Positions 18,915-29,503 of a DNA stretch of 64,000 nucleotides are shown here, piece by piece; positions within the stretch are counted from its first letter, which is position 1; each line of letters opens with the position of its first letter. The notes below the pieces were generated by a model. That model was not told where the DNA came from. It searched no databases and was given only the letters and a program-made list of their open reading frames with translations. Origin of the DNA: Thermodesulfobacteriota bacterium (GTDB lineage: Bacteria; Desulfobacterota_D; UBA1144; Nemesobacterales; Nemesobacteraceae); NCBI GenBank assembly GCA_965209225.1, contig OZ242379.1, positions 405,986-469,985 on the forward strand, read 5' to 3'. Made by a program: the position numbers and the translations under genes.

Positions 18915-20465
18915 TCACCGCGCCGTCTCCCAGAACGGGGTAACTCTCACGAGGCGCCTCCACTGCGGCTGCGCCGTGCGAAGGCACTTTCTGACCCGTG
19001 CCTGGGACCATTCCTGCGCGAGGCGGATCACCGGGGGATCAAGCCTTCCGGGCTTGACCGCCGCGAGGATGTGCCGCGCGACTATCGCGTCGTTTGTCTT
19101 CCCCAGGCTGTCCTGGAGGCGTCCCATGAGCTTCATGAAGGGCGGAACCTGGGGGCCGCTCCAGAGCGAGTTGAAAAACTGCGTTGCGTAGCGGGCCTTT
19201 TTCCCACGCTTTCTTATTTCGTGAAGACCCTCGTCGGGAAGACGCGAAAGAGGCCTCGTATCTTCGAGAAAATAGCGCCATGTTCTCCTGAGCACGCTTT
19301 TTGCAAACGGCTTCACGGGCTGGCTGAAAGTCTTTGAGCCGACCTCTTTCTCCACAGACGCGACCCATCGCTCGAACTGGAGCAGAAGACGGGCGTAGCG
19401 GCGGCTCTCAAGACAGGCGGCCGCATCCCCGACGGCGCGGCGGCGCTCTGCACGGGCAATGCGCCGAAGGCGCTCTATCGCTTCCTCCTGCCCTGGCGCC
19501 GCGGAGGCTATCCCGGGAAGCGTCTCGCTTAAAAACACCTGCCAGTCGCGGGCCGGGGCCAGGCGCTGCTGGAACCAGCGGAACTCTCCGTTAAAGGCCT
19601 TTCGCTTGTCATATGGAAGTATTCTTTTGAAGGCCCGAAGCGCCGCGCGCACGCGCCTCATGGCCACCCTCGTCTGATGAACTCCCTCCGCCCTTCCCTC
19701 CAGGGTCGGAATCTCGTTTGCGAACATGTGCTCAAGCGCGCCGGCAATGATGAAATTAAACGCCTCTCCCACGCTCATTTCCTCCGTGAGCGTGACTTTC
19801 GGGGCCTTAACTGGTCTCGGCCGAAGGGCCGGCCTTGCGAGCGCGTAGCCCCTCTGGGCCTTGGTAAGGTGGCCAAGGCGCATGTCGTAAGCCTCGCAGA
19901 GTTCAATGGCCACGTCGAACATCCGCGCCGCATCCCCCGAGAGCAGCTCGAACTCCGCTTCGCAGATAGGCTCCTCGACTCGCCCCCCGGATGTCTCGGC
20001 GTAAATCACCCCCTGATCCACCGCCAGCTCGAATTCGGCGCCATTGGTCCTGATGCGGACCGCCTCGCGCTCGAAGTCCGTGGTGAATACCGGGCCGAGG
20101 CGCTTTTCGTAACGCCGTCGGGAGAACTCGCGGGCAAGCACGGAATCGTCCACGGCGCGAAGGTCCGGACCGCTGCCGTTTACCGCCACGGTCCATTCCC
20201 TGAAATTCTGAAGGCCCGCGGGACCCGCAAACGGCGCCTTTATTGTCTGCTGCCTGCCATTGCCGTTATCGCGCACCCGAAGTGCTATTTCGGATTTTCT
20301 GAGCGCGTGGCGCGGAGTATCGAAATAGGTACTCACCAGGCGGCGTTTAGTACGGCGGCCCCTGCGAAGGGACTTAAGGCCCTTGTGACGCAGAATCCGA
20401 TCCGCCACGGTGGGCGAAAGGGACAGCTTGAACTCAGTTTCCTCGTACATGACGTAAAGACTCAA
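18915..20465 (-). CDS. CYTH and CHAD domain-containing protein (triphosphatase-like)
   Basis: 516 aa. The N-terminal EFKLSL CYTH signature is followed by a CHAD-type helical repeat region (HQTRVAMRRVRAALRAF). Confidence 0.8.
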   Translation of the reverse strand: MSLYVMYEETEFKLSLSPTVADRILRHKGLKSLRRGRRTKRRLVSTYFDTPRHALRKSEIALRVRDNGNGRQQTIKAPFAGPAGLQNFREWTVAVNGSGPDLRAVDDSVLAREFSRRRYEKRLGPVFTTDFEREAVRIRTNGAEFELAVDQGVIYAETSGGRVEEPICEAEFELLSGDAARMFDVAIELCEAYDMRLGHLTKAQRGYALARPALRPRPVKAPKVTLTEEMSVGEAFNFIIAGALEHMFANEIPTLEGRAEGVHQTRVAMRRVRAALRAFKRILPYDKRKAFNGEFRWFQQRLAPARDWQVFLSETLPGIASAAPGQEEAIERLRRIARAERRRAVGDAAACLESRRYARLLLQFERWVASVEKEVGSKTFSQPVKPFAKSVLRRTWRYFLEDTRPLSRLPDEGLHEIRKRGKKARYATQFFNSLWSGPQVPPFMKLMGRLQDSLGKTNDAIVARHILAAVKPGRLDPPVIRLAQEWSQARVRKCLRTAQPQWRRLVRVTPFWETAR

Positions 20466-20557
20466 CCACCCGGTTTGTCGGAAACCGGACTATCCAGTCT
20501 ACTCGATTAAGGCCCGGTTGTCATTTCTTTCCGCTACTGGATGAAACCGGAGGAAGA

Positions 20558-20565
20558 TGTATAAT
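20558..20565 (+). promoter_or_regulatory. Extended -10 element (TGTATAAT) upstream of dnaE
   Basis: TGTATAAT lies 18 nt upstream of the dnaE ATG at 20583. No good -35 element is present. Confidence 0.3.
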
Positions 20566-20582
20566 TCTCATCGTAACCCGCA

Positions 20583-23500
20583 ATGGCAGACTCCTTCGTT
20601 CACCTGCATCTGCATTCGCAGTACTCGCTTCTTGACGGCTCGATAAAGTTCGACGAACTGATCGAGAGAGCCGAGAGCCAGGCCATGCCCGCCGTAGCCG
20701 TGACCGACCACGGAAACCTCTTCGGCGCGTACGAGTTTTTCGAAAAGGCAAAGGCCCGCGGCGTAAAACCCATAATAGGCTGCGAACTCTACGTCACCCC
20801 GACCCTCAAGCTTGAAAAACCTTCGGACGGAAAGAACTATCATCTCACCGTGCTCTGCATGAACGAGCAGGGATACAGGAACCTCTCGAGACTTGTTACA
20901 AAAGGATACTTCGAGGGGTTCTACCGCCGTCCGCGCGTTGATCACGAGATGCTGTCTGAGCACAACGAGGGACTCATTGTCCTCTCCGGGTGCATGAGCA
21001 GCGAACTTTCCCAGGCCATTTTCAAAAAAGATCAGAAGGAGCAGATGAGAATCGCTTCTGTATACAAGGAGATATTCGGGGACCGCTACTATCTTGAAGT
21101 GCAGGCAATCGGCCTTCCCGAGCAGCGCAGAATCAACAGTCAGCTTCGCAAAATCGCCAGTAGCATGGGCATAAAGCTCGCGGCGACCAACGACTGCCAT
21201 TTTCTCACCAGGGAGGACTACAAGTCGCACGACGCGCTTCTGTGCATCCAGACTGGGAGCATGGTGGCCGACCGCAAGAGAATGAGGTTCCAGAGCGATG
21301 ATTTCTACGTCAAGACAAGGGAGGAAATGACGCAGGAACTTGAGGGTTTCGAGGACGCCATTGAGGAGTCTGTGAAAATCTCTGAGCGCTGCGACTTCGA
21401 ATTCAGAAACGAGGGATACAGGTTCCCTGAATACGTCCCTCCAGAGGGAAAATCGCTTGACGAATTCATGCGCGAGATCTCGGGCAGAAATCTCGAGAAA
21501 ATGCTCCGGGAAAACGAAATACCCGAAGAGGCCCACGAAACCTACCGCGAGCGGCTTAACTCGGAGCTTGACACCATCTGCAAGATGGGATTTTCCGCGT
21601 ACTTCCTCGTGGTCTCCGACTTCATATTCCACGCCAGGAAAAACGATATCCCGGTTGGACCGGGGCGGGGAAGCGCCGCAGGGAGCCTGGTTGCCTACGC
21701 TCTCGGCATAACGGCCATCGACCCCATAAGGCACAACCTTATTTTCGAGAGGTTTCTTAACCCCGAGAGGGTGAGCATGCCCGACATAGACGTCGATTTC
21801 TGCGGTGAGCACCGCGACGAGGTAATAAGATACGTCACGGAGAAATACGGGGCGGACAAAGTGGCCCAGATCGGCACCTTCGGAACCATGTCCTCGAAAG
21901 CCGTGATAAAGGACGTGGGAAGGGTGCTCGGGCTTCCCTACGCGGAAGTCGACCGGCTCTCGAAAATGATCCCCTCTTTCCGGGGAAAGGTGTTCAGCAT
22001 AGAGGAAGCCGTAAGCAAGGTAAAGGAAATAAAGGAGCGGCTTTCCGAGAACAAGGAGCTTGCCGAAGCGGTGGAGCTTGCGAGGTCGCTTGAGAACATG
22101 GTGCGCCATTCCTCCACCCACGCGGCAGGGGTGGTGATATCGAATGAGCCGCTTGCCGACTACATACCCCTGTACAGGGGAAGCAAAAACGAGATCGTAA
22201 CCCAGTTCGACATGAACTCCATAGAGAAGCTAGGCTACGTGAAATTCGATTTCCTTGGCCTAAAGACCCTTACCATACTGGACAAGGCCGTTAAGTACGT
22301 AAGGGAAAACAATGAAAAAGAATTCAGCCTTGACAGAGTCCCCCTTGACGACCCGAAAGTCTACGCCCTGCTTTGCGAAGGCGCGACCATGGGTATATTC
22401 CAGGTGGAATCCCAGGGAATGAAGGATCTTCTGGCGAAGCTGCGGCCCACGGAATTCGAGGACATAACGGCCGCCCTGGCCCTTTACCGCCCCGGCCCCC
22501 TTGACAGCGGCATGGCGGAGGAGTTCACCCGGAGGAAAAACGGGGGCGCGGTCGATTTTCCTCATCCCGCGCTTCGGGAGATACTGGGAGGAACCTACGG
22601 CCTTTTCGTTTACCAGGAGCAGATAATGCAGACCGCGAGCGAGCTTGCGGGCTTCACCATGGGGGAGGCGGACCTCCTGCGAAGGGCCATGGGAAAGAAA
22701 AAATCAAGCGAAATGAGGGCACAGCGCAAAAGGTTCCTGACGGGAGCGGAGAAAAAGGGCCTCGAGAGCAAAAAAGCCGCCGAGCTTTTCGACACCCTCG
22801 AGAAGTTCGCCGAGTATTCCTTTAACAAGAGCCACAGCGCCGCCTACGCCATGGTCACCTACCAGACGGCCTACCTCAAGTCGCATCACCCGGCTGAATT
22901 CATGGCAGCCTTCATGTCCGTGGAAGCACATAACGTGGACAAGGTGATCTCCGGCATAACCGAGTGCAGGAAACTCGGAATCGACGTCCTGCAGCCCGAC
23001 ATAAACCGAAGCTGCTCCGGGTTCACGGTGTCGGAAGGAAAGGTGCTGTTCGGATTCACCGCAATCAAATACGTCGGGGACGGCCTGACCGAGGGAATAG
23101 TCAGAAGCAGGGAAAAAGACGGGGTATTCGAATCCGTCTTCGACTTCTGCGCCAGGGTGGATTCGAAGAAACTGAACAAAAAGGCGCTTGAAAGCCTGAT
23201 AAAGGGAGGCGTTTTCGATTCCCTCGAACCAAACAGGGCGCGGCTGTTCGCTTCCTGCGAGTCCCTGCTCGGGTACAACTCCATGAAACAGCACACGCCG
23301 GCGAACGGGCAGGGAATGCTGTTTGACCTTCCAGATTCCGTGGCCGCCCCGACTCTTGCCGAAACCGAACCCTGGGATGACCGCATCAGGCTTGAGAACG
23401 AGCTTGAGGTGCTCGGGTTCTTCATATCGTCCCACCCGCTTCAGAAATACTCCTGCGAGCTTGAAAAATACAGCCGCCTTCACGACACCGAATCCATAAA

Positions 23501-24023
23501 GCGGGCGAGAGACGGCTCCGAGGTGAGAATCGCGGGAGTGGTGAGATCGTTCGAAACCAAAAACACCCGCAGGGGAACCGGCCTCATCGGCTACTTCACC
23601 CTGGAGGATCTGAACGGTTTCACAGAAGCGATAGTGTTCAACGACACCCTGCGCACGTCCAGTTCCCTTCTGGAACAGAAGGTGGAACCGGTGATAGTGA
23701 AGGGGAAAATCGAGGTCTCGGACGACAAGGTGCGTCTTCTCGCAAGCGACATATCCTCGCTCAGGGAAGCCAGAACGACTTCCGCTGTCTGCATAAGCAT
23801 CGCCCGCAAATCGGCAAACGAGCAGAACATACTCAGACTGAGGGAGATCCTCGAGAAGTTCCCGGGAGACTCAACCGTCATAATCGACATGAAGACCGAC
23901 CACTCGGAGACCGTCCTGAGGGTCGGAAACTGCAAGGTCGACTTCGGGGACGAGCTTATAGGAAACATCGAGGGACTGCTCGGGGAAGGCGCGGTGACCC
24001 TCAGGGAAAGCTCATTTGCCTAG
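20583..24023 (+). CDS. dnaE: DNA polymerase III alpha subunit
   Basis: 1146 aa with a PHP-domain start (FVHLHLHSQYSLLDG), the polymerase core and a C-terminal OB region. Confidence 0.97.
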   Translation: MADSFVHLHLHSQYSLLDGSIKFDELIERAESQAMPAVAVTDHGNLFGAYEFFEKAKARGVKPIIGCELYVTPTLKLEKPSDGKNYHLTVLCMNEQGYRNLSRLVTKGYFEGFYRRPRVDHEMLSEHNEGLIVLSGCMSSELSQAIFKKDQKEQMRIASVYKEIFGDRYYLEVQAIGLPEQRRINSQLRKIASSMGIKLAATNDCHFLTREDYKSHDALLCIQTGSMVADRKRMRFQSDDFYVKTREEMTQELEGFEDAIEESVKISERCDFEFRNEGYRFPEYVPPEGKSLDEFMREISGRNLEKMLRENEIPEEAHETYRERLNSELDTICKMGFSAYFLVVSDFIFHARKNDIPVGPGRGSAAGSLVAYALGITAIDPIRHNLIFERFLNPERVSMPDIDVDFCGEHRDEVIRYVTEKYGADKVAQIGTFGTMSSKAVIKDVGRVLGLPYAEVDRLSKMIPSFRGKVFSIEEAVSKVKEIKERLSENKELAEAVELARSLENMVRHSSTHAAGVVISNEPLADYIPLYRGSKNEIVTQFDMNSIEKLGYVKFDFLGLKTLTILDKAVKYVRENNEKEFSLDRVPLDDPKVYALLCEGATMGIFQVESQGMKDLLAKLRPTEFEDITAALALYRPGPLDSGMAEEFTRRKNGGAVDFPHPALREILGGTYGLFVYQEQIMQTASELAGFTMGEADLLRRAMGKKKSSEMRAQRKRFLTGAEKKGLESKKAAELFDTLEKFAEYSFNKSHSAAYAMVTYQTAYLKSHHPAEFMAAFMSVEAHNVDKVISGITECRKLGIDVLQPDINRSCSGFTVSEGKVLFGFTAIKYVGDGLTEGIVRSREKDGVFESVFDFCARVDSKKLNKKALESLIKGGVFDSLEPNRARLFASCESLLGYNSMKQHTPANGQGMLFDLPDSVAAPTLAETEPWDDRIRLENELEVLGFFISSHPLQKYSCELEKYSRLHDTESIKRARDGSEVRIAGVVRSFETKNTRRGTGLIGYFTLEDLNGFTEAIVFNDTLRTSSSLLEQKVEPVIVKGKIEVSDDKVRLLASDISSLREARTTSAVCISIARKSANEQNILRLREILEKFPGDSTVIIDMKTDHSETVLRVGNCKVDFGDELIGNIEGLLGEGAVTLRESSFA

Positions 24024-24314
24024 ACGCTCTATAAGCGCTTTCAGCTCCTCGGGATCCTTCGTGATAACGAACACCTCCTGCACCGAAGTGCCGCTTCTCG
24101 CTATGAGCTTGGCACCGCTTCGGGTGCTGTACCTGTAGCTCACAGCGAGATTCTCCCCAGTGGCGCGGCCGACCTTTATCTCCCCGGGAATGATTCCCGT
24201 CACGTGATCAAGGTCCGAGATGTTGTCCTCGAGAAAACGCCGTAGTCCCTTTATTATCGAATGTTCGGTTTTTATCTTGTTTTTTCTGTATTTCATTCTC
24301 TCTTCAGAAAACAT
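24012..24314 (-). CDS. Hypothetical protein, 100 aa
   Basis: ORF convergent with dnaE, overlapping it by 12 nt. Composition is plausibly coding. I did not recognise a family with any confidence. Confidence 0.45.
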   Translation of the reverse strand: MFSEERMKYRKNKIKTEHSIIKGLRRFLEDNISDLDHVTGIIPGEIKVGRATGENLAVSYRYSTRSGAKLIARSGTSVQEVFVITKDPEELKALIERLGK

Positions 24315-24426
24315 TATACTTCCTTACAGTACCGAGGTGTAACACGGACCCGGGTGCGGGAGTTTTTTCCGGCTGCCCGGTTCTCTGCCGGCATAATGCG
24401 AAGCGCAGCGCAGAGGCCGTCGCGAG

Positions 24427-25902
24427 ATGAGAAAAATAACTGACCTTCGTTTTGAGAACACCTACGCGGAACTGCCGCGCGAGTTCTACCAGAAAAAAGA
24501 TCCCGTTCCGTTTGAGATCCCCCATGTGGTGGCGTTTAACGAAACCCTGGCGGCGGAACTCGGCATAGACCCGGATGAGAAGAAAAATCCCCTCCTTGCC
24601 GAGCATCTATGCGGGAAAAGACCGCTTCCGGGCGCAGACCCCCTGGCTATGTACTACGCCGGCTGGCAGTTCGGGGTCTACAACCCGCACCTTGGAGACG
24701 GAAGAGCGCTTCTGCTCGGGCAGATAATCGACGAGCGGAACCGCAGATGGGACCTTCACCTGAAGGGTTGCGGGGCCACCAGATTCTCAAGAGGCTTTGA
24801 CGGAAGGGCAACGCTCAGGTCATCCATAAGGGAGTATCTCGGAAGCGAGGCTCTCCATCATCTGGGGATTCCGTCCACGAGGGCTCTCTGCGTGGTGGGA
24901 GGCGCGGAGAAAATCGAGAGGGAAACCCGGGAGCCAGCCGCTATGACGCTCCGGGTCGCGGAGACCCACGTGCGCTTCGGTTCGTTCGAGGGTTTTTACT
25001 ACCGCGGTGAAGAGGAGAGCATCCAGGCGCTTGCCGATTACGTAATCGCCCGTCACTACCCCGAGATTCCGGGCGGGACAAAGAAAAGCTACGGGCTTTT
25101 TCTGCTCGCGACGGCGGAAAAAACGGCAACCGTCGTCGCCAAGTGGCAGGCTTCCGGATTTACCCACGGAGTAATGAACACCGACAACATGTCCGTAACG
25201 GGTCTCACTCTCGATTACGGACCGTACGGATTTCTGGAGACGTTCGACGGGAATTACGTCTCTAACCACTCGGATCACTTCGGCAGATACAGCTACGGAA
25301 ACCAGTTCGCGGTCGCGCGCTGGAACCTCGGGAAATTCGCAAGGTGCCTGGAAAGCCTGGCGGACAAAGAACAGGCCGCTCGCGCGATTGAGGTTTATAA
25401 CAAGACCTTTTCTGAGACTTACAGACAACTCATGCTGCGCCGCTTCGGCTTTGATGAGGGAAAAAGAGAATCCCTTCGGTTTGTTGAAAAAACCCTCGGG
25501 ATGCTGGCCGAATCCGGGACGGACTATCATATCTTCCTCAGAAGCCTCTCCGACGTAAGCCGCGACGGCTCTTTTGAAGGAAATCCCTGGCTTGCGGAAC
25601 TCTGCGCGGCTTCGGAGAAATGGCGGAAGTGGGTCCCGGAGTACGCCGTGGAACTCCGGGAAAATTCGCTCCCTGACCGCGAAAGAAAGAAGCTCATGGA
25701 TTCCGTCAACCCCAAGTACGTTTTGAGAAACCATATAATGGAAACCGCCATAAGGAAGGCTCTTGAGCGGGAGGACTACTCGGAGATAGAAAAAGTGAGA
25801 AAAATATTCGAGAATCCCTTCTCGGAGCAGCCGGAGCATGAAAGCTACGCGGGCGCCTCTCCCGAGTGGGCCAAGAGCCTCGTTGTGAGCTGTCTTTCCT
25901 AG
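24427..25902 (+). CDS. selO: Protein adenylyltransferase SelO (YdiU family)
   Basis: 491 aa with YAGWQFGVYNPHLGDGRA and HGVMNTDNMS motifs. Confidence 0.9.
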   Translation: MRKITDLRFENTYAELPREFYQKKDPVPFEIPHVVAFNETLAAELGIDPDEKKNPLLAEHLCGKRPLPGADPLAMYYAGWQFGVYNPHLGDGRALLLGQIIDERNRRWDLHLKGCGATRFSRGFDGRATLRSSIREYLGSEALHHLGIPSTRALCVVGGAEKIERETREPAAMTLRVAETHVRFGSFEGFYYRGEEESIQALADYVIARHYPEIPGGTKKSYGLFLLATAEKTATVVAKWQASGFTHGVMNTDNMSVTGLTLDYGPYGFLETFDGNYVSNHSDHFGRYSYGNQFAVARWNLGKFARCLESLADKEQAARAIEVYNKTFSETYRQLMLRRFGFDEGKRESLRFVEKTLGMLAESGTDYHIFLRSLSDVSRDGSFEGNPWLAELCAASEKWRKWVPEYAVELRENSLPDRERKKLMDSVNPKYVLRNHIMETAIRKALEREDYSEIEKVRKIFENPFSEQPEHESYAGASPEWAKSLVVSCLS

Positions 25903-28028
25903 TCGGCAAAAAAGCTTGCGAGAATTTTTTTCACGCCGGAGCCGAAGAAATCAACCGTAGCTACCGCCCTATCTCCTTTTCCGTCAATCTTTTTAACGGT
26001 CCCGGGACCAAAAATCGGATGGGCAACTTTCTGGCCCAGCCTTAAGTCGTAACCAACGCCACTAGAATCACAGGCTATTTTTTCTAAAGACGGATCATAA
26101 TAACTGTGGGAATCCCACCCGGAGAGTTCTTTCTTGCGGGATTCATAGACTACGTGTTCCGGCGGGAGATCATCCAGAAAAGCAGACCTTCGGGCGTAGT
26201 ACGTCCCACCCGAAGCAGTTCTTAATGAAGCGTAACTCAGGTAGAGCAACCGCTTGGCTCGGGTAACCGCTACATAGAAGAGTCTTCTCTCCTCTTCCAG
26301 GCCCACAATGGTCTCAGAGGATCTTTTGTGCGGAAGAAGGTCCTCGTTTACCCCGACCACAAACACCGCCGGAAACTCAAGCCCCTTGGCCGCGTGAATA
26401 GTCATGAGGGAGACTTTTTCCTCTCTGGAGTCCCCCCTGTCCTCATCAGCCGCAAGCAGTACGAGGTCGAGAAAATCAGAGAGAGTGGTCTCCCCTAAGT
26501 TTTCAGTCGCATTTAAAAACTCTTTGACATTCTCAATCCTTTGGTGGTTCTCTCCCAGATAATCCAGGTAACTAGTACGCTCAAGAAGAGCTTTAATCAC
26601 GCGTGCCACCGATTGATTTTCAGCCGCCGAGCTAAGCTCCGTTATGATTTCAAGGAACCGGGAAAGCGCGTGCAGTGCTTGGCTAGGTAAAAGTTTTTGC
26701 TTCCTGCAGTATTCAGCTGCGTCCAGAAGAACCAACCCGCTACTTTCTGAAACCTCGTGCAGCTTTTGCAGTGTGACTTTCCCTATTTTTCTTGGCGGAA
26801 CATTAACTATCCTCTCAAAGCTGACGTCGTCCCTCGGGTTCTGAACCAGCCGCAGGTAGGCAATCACATCCTTTATCTCCGCCCTCTGGTAAAACCCGAC
26901 CCCCGACACCATCCTGTAGGGAATTTTGGCGGCCCGAAGTCCCTCCTCGATTACCCTCGACTGAAAATTAGCCCGGTAGAAAATCGCCACATCACTCCAA
27001 GTGAAATCTCCGGATTCGACCAACTCTGAAATCCGCTCCGCGACAAAGCGGGCCTCATCGGCATTGTCTAGGGCCTTAAACACCAAGACCTTCTCTCCCT
27101 CGGGGTTTTCGGTCCAGAGGTTTTTCTCCTTTCTCCTCAGATTCTTTCTCTCTATAGAGTTTGCAATACCAAGTATCGTGCTCGTCGATCGGTAGTTGCG
27201 CTCGAGCTTAAGAACCCTGGCACCGGGAAAGTCCTTCTCGAAGTCTAGAATGTTGTTTATGTCGGCCCCCCTCCATCCGTAAATGGACTGGCTGTCATCG
27301 CCCAGCGCAAAAAGGTTCTTGTGGTTTTGCGAGAGAATCTTTACGAACCGGTATTGAAGGTTGTTTGTGTCTTGGTACTCATCAATAAGCACGTGAGAGA
27401 ATCTGTTCTGATAGCGGTTGCGGATCTCCTCGTTCTCAGAAAAAAGTTTGTTTGCAAGCAGAAGCAAGTCGTTAAATGTCATAGCATTCCGTTTTACGAG
27501 CTCTTCCTTATAGAAGTCATAAAGATCGCTAAGACTGCGGCCGTAAAAATCGTCCTTGAAAGATGGATCCCTTCGGTTCTCGACGGTGTCAAATTCGGAA
27601 AGCATGTTCTTCGGCACAAGAAAATTCTCCCCGTAGCCAAGTTCCCTCAGGCAATCCTTAAGAAGTCTCATCTGATCGTCTTGATCATAAACAACGAAAT
27701 TTTTCGTATAGCCCTCAAGAGAATCCGCCTCTATGTTGAGAATCCGAAGGCAAATCGAATGAAATGTACCGATCCAAGGACTACTTATCTGTTCATCTAC
27801 AAGTTGTCCTACCCTTTTTTTCATCTCCGCCGCGGCCTTGTTAGTAAAGGTCACAGCCATAATGTTCCAAAAAGGAATCAAAAGATCATTTATCAGGTAG
27901 GCAATCCGGTGGGCTAAGACTTTAGTTTTTCCTGTACCTGTACCCGCGAGAACAAGCAACGGACCCTCTCCGTGGGTTACGGCCTCGATCTGGGAAGGAT
28001 TAAGTCCTTTAAGAGAATTTTTCGGCAC
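25899..28028 (-). CDS. uvrD: UvrD/PcrA-family ATP-dependent DNA helicase
   Basis: 709 aa with LNPSQIEAV, Walker A AGTGTGKT, LIDEYQDTN and the C-terminal VAVTRAK motif. Confidence 0.92.
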   Translation of the reverse strand: MPKNSLKGLNPSQIEAVTHGEGPLLVLAGTGTGKTKVLAHRIAYLINDLLIPFWNIMAVTFTNKAAAEMKKRVGQLVDEQISSPWIGTFHSICLRILNIEADSLEGYTKNFVVYDQDDQMRLLKDCLRELGYGENFLVPKNMLSEFDTVENRRDPSFKDDFYGRSLSDLYDFYKEELVKRNAMTFNDLLLLANKLFSENEEIRNRYQNRFSHVLIDEYQDTNNLQYRFVKILSQNHKNLFALGDDSQSIYGWRGADINNILDFEKDFPGARVLKLERNYRSTSTILGIANSIERKNLRRKEKNLWTENPEGEKVLVFKALDNADEARFVAERISELVESGDFTWSDVAIFYRANFQSRVIEEGLRAAKIPYRMVSGVGFYQRAEIKDVIAYLRLVQNPRDDVSFERIVNVPPRKIGKVTLQKLHEVSESSGLVLLDAAEYCRKQKLLPSQALHALSRFLEIITELSSAAENQSVARVIKALLERTSYLDYLGENHQRIENVKEFLNATENLGETTLSDFLDLVLLAADEDRGDSREEKVSLMTIHAAKGLEFPAVFVVGVNEDLLPHKRSSETIVGLEEERRLFYVAVTRAKRLLYLSYASLRTASGGTYYARRSAFLDDLPPEHVVYESRKKELSGWDSHSYYDPSLEKIACDSSGVGYDLRLGQKVAHPIFGPGTVKKIDGKGDRAVATVDFFGSGVKKILASFFAD

Positions 28029-28048
28029 GGGTTCTTGAACGTCTTTTC

Positions 28049-28122
28049 TGGCTGGGGCGGGAGGACTCGAACCCCCACTACCGGGACCAAAACCCGGTGT
28101 CCTGCCGTTAGACGACGCCCCA
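28049..28122 (-). tRNA. tRNA-Gln (anticodon TTG), CCA encoded
   Basis: The 74-nt sequence TGGGGCG...CGCCCCAGCCA folds by hand into a cloverleaf: 7-bp acceptor stem, anticodon stem CCGGG/CCCGG with loop TTTTGGT, and T-loop TTCGAGT. Confidence 0.93.
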
Positions 28123-28320
28123 GTCGGGAAAAACTTTTATGCTACCACATCCAGGCGACTGTTAAAGAAAAACCGCAAAGACTCGCGTTACGAAAACATC
28201 GGTGGCCAGTGGCGTTTTTGCCGGACAAAAACAACGGAAAGCACGGCGGATACGGCAAGGAGCATGCTCAGAAGGACGCCTTCAGTCCTGTTTGCCGTGC
28301 CCGAAAGAGCGCATTGCCCG

Positions 28321-29433
28321 TTATTGTTCCGATGATCCGAGATAAAGCCCCGAACCGAAAATATAGACAGATGCGTCAGGATTGTCTTTGTCAGATGAAT
28401 GGGCTTTCGTGTAACCAAGCTTCGGCGAATCGCCGCCGGGACCTCCGCTTTGCTCCCCGTCACCCACAACGGCGGGGTCTTCCCAGTTGTATTCCACGAA
28501 TCCTCCTCCGGGCATATTCGCCGCGTCGATGAGCCGGGCAATATCCTCCCCGACATCGGGGTCGCTACGCAGGTTGGTCTGCTCAATATTTCTGTTCGCC
28601 CCGTTAAAGATCACGTTGCCCTCGCCATCCATTATGTAGATGTAGGTGGATACGTGTCTCCATGGCCCTCTATCGAGCCTGAAAATAGTGCGCAGCCGCA
28701 CGGGATCAAGATCGGGGACCGCAATAGCCCAAGTAAAGAAAATGATTGCCTCTTCCACGAAGGTTTTAAGTTCCTCTCTTCTTTCCTCTTCGGTCTTTTT
28801 TTCATCATCATCCTTCTCGGCGCTTCCTATCTGCCAGGCCTCCTTGCTCGGATGCGGACGTCTCTCAACAGGGATTGACTCGATCAGGTCCTCATAGGAC
28901 TTTTTCTGACCTATAACTTCGGGCTCATAATCAAATCCACCGACGAGAACAAACCCGTTTTCCTGGGACGAGCGCGGATTGGCGAACGGAACAGCGGAAG
29001 CGGAAAAAGGGAGCGCGTAAGCTTTCCTTTCGATACCGTCATTCCCGACATAAGTTACAAGTCCTCCGCTGAGAAGCTCTTGCCCCACATTGTTCCCCGC
29101 GGCATCCTCGAGCTGGGACCAGTCCTGATCCTCAATATCCCTGTTCCTGGCGTGAACATAGACCCCTCCCCCGCTTGTCAGAAGAACAAGGTAAGTGGAA
29201 CCGTCATTCCAGTCTCCCGATTCATCCCTGAACCCGTTCAGTATTCCAAGAGTCTCGGAAAAGGTAGTGGCCTCGGAAAGACGCGACGCCGCATACCTTA
29301 CGAATTCCTCAAGAGTCTCTTCATCCGATATTCCGGAGACAGCGGTGACCGGGTCCGCATCCCCGTTATTCCAGTCGCAGGAAACGGCACCCAGCAGCCC
29401 TATAACGCAGAATAAAAAGATCAGGTTTTTCAT
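28321..29433 (-). CDS. Secreted lipoprotein with two Cache-like sensor modules
   Basis: Signal peptide plus lipobox (LLGAVSC). Two repeats resemble sCache motifs (TYLVLLTSGGGVYVHARNRDIE and TYIYIMDGEGNVIFNGANRNIE). Confidence 0.5.
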   Translation of the reverse strand: MKNLIFLFCVIGLLGAVSCDWNNGDADPVTAVSGISDEETLEEFVRYAASRLSEATTFSETLGILNGFRDESGDWNDGSTYLVLLTSGGGVYVHARNRDIEDQDWSQLEDAAGNNVGQELLSGGLVTYVGNDGIERKAYALPFSASAVPFANPRSSQENGFVLVGGFDYEPEVIGQKKSYEDLIESIPVERRPHPSKEAWQIGSAEKDDDEKKTEEERREELKTFVEEAIIFFTWAIAVPDLDPVRLRTIFRLDRGPWRHVSTYIYIMDGEGNVIFNGANRNIEQTNLRSDPDVGEDIARLIDAANMPGGGFVEYNWEDPAVVGDGEQSGGPGGDSPKLGYTKAHSSDKDNPDASVYIFGSGLYLGSSEQ

Positions 29434-29503
29434 GGTATCTCTCCAGGCCGCGGGGTCTCACGCGGCGAAAACTCTACAGCGCCAACCAAATCTTCACCGG
29501 AAA

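Noticed and set aside
20568-22121. 517-aa ORF on the minus strand
   Set aside because: It is antisense to the 5' third of dnaE and has no recognisable motifs. It is a shadow ORF.
24820-25839. 339-aa minus-strand ORF. The same applies to 35573..36574, 60861..61976, 22704..23483 and 14730..16169.
   Set aside because: Each lies fully inside, and antisense or out of frame to, a confidently identified gene (selO, hemL, meaB, dnaE, Tn5-like transposase). All have shadow-ORF composition.
25899-28028. UvrD-family helicase as Gabija GajB or another defence helicase
   Set aside because: There is no adjacent OLD/TOPRIM nuclease (GajA-like). It has full-length housekeeping UvrD/PcrA motifs and sits between selO and a tRNA gene.
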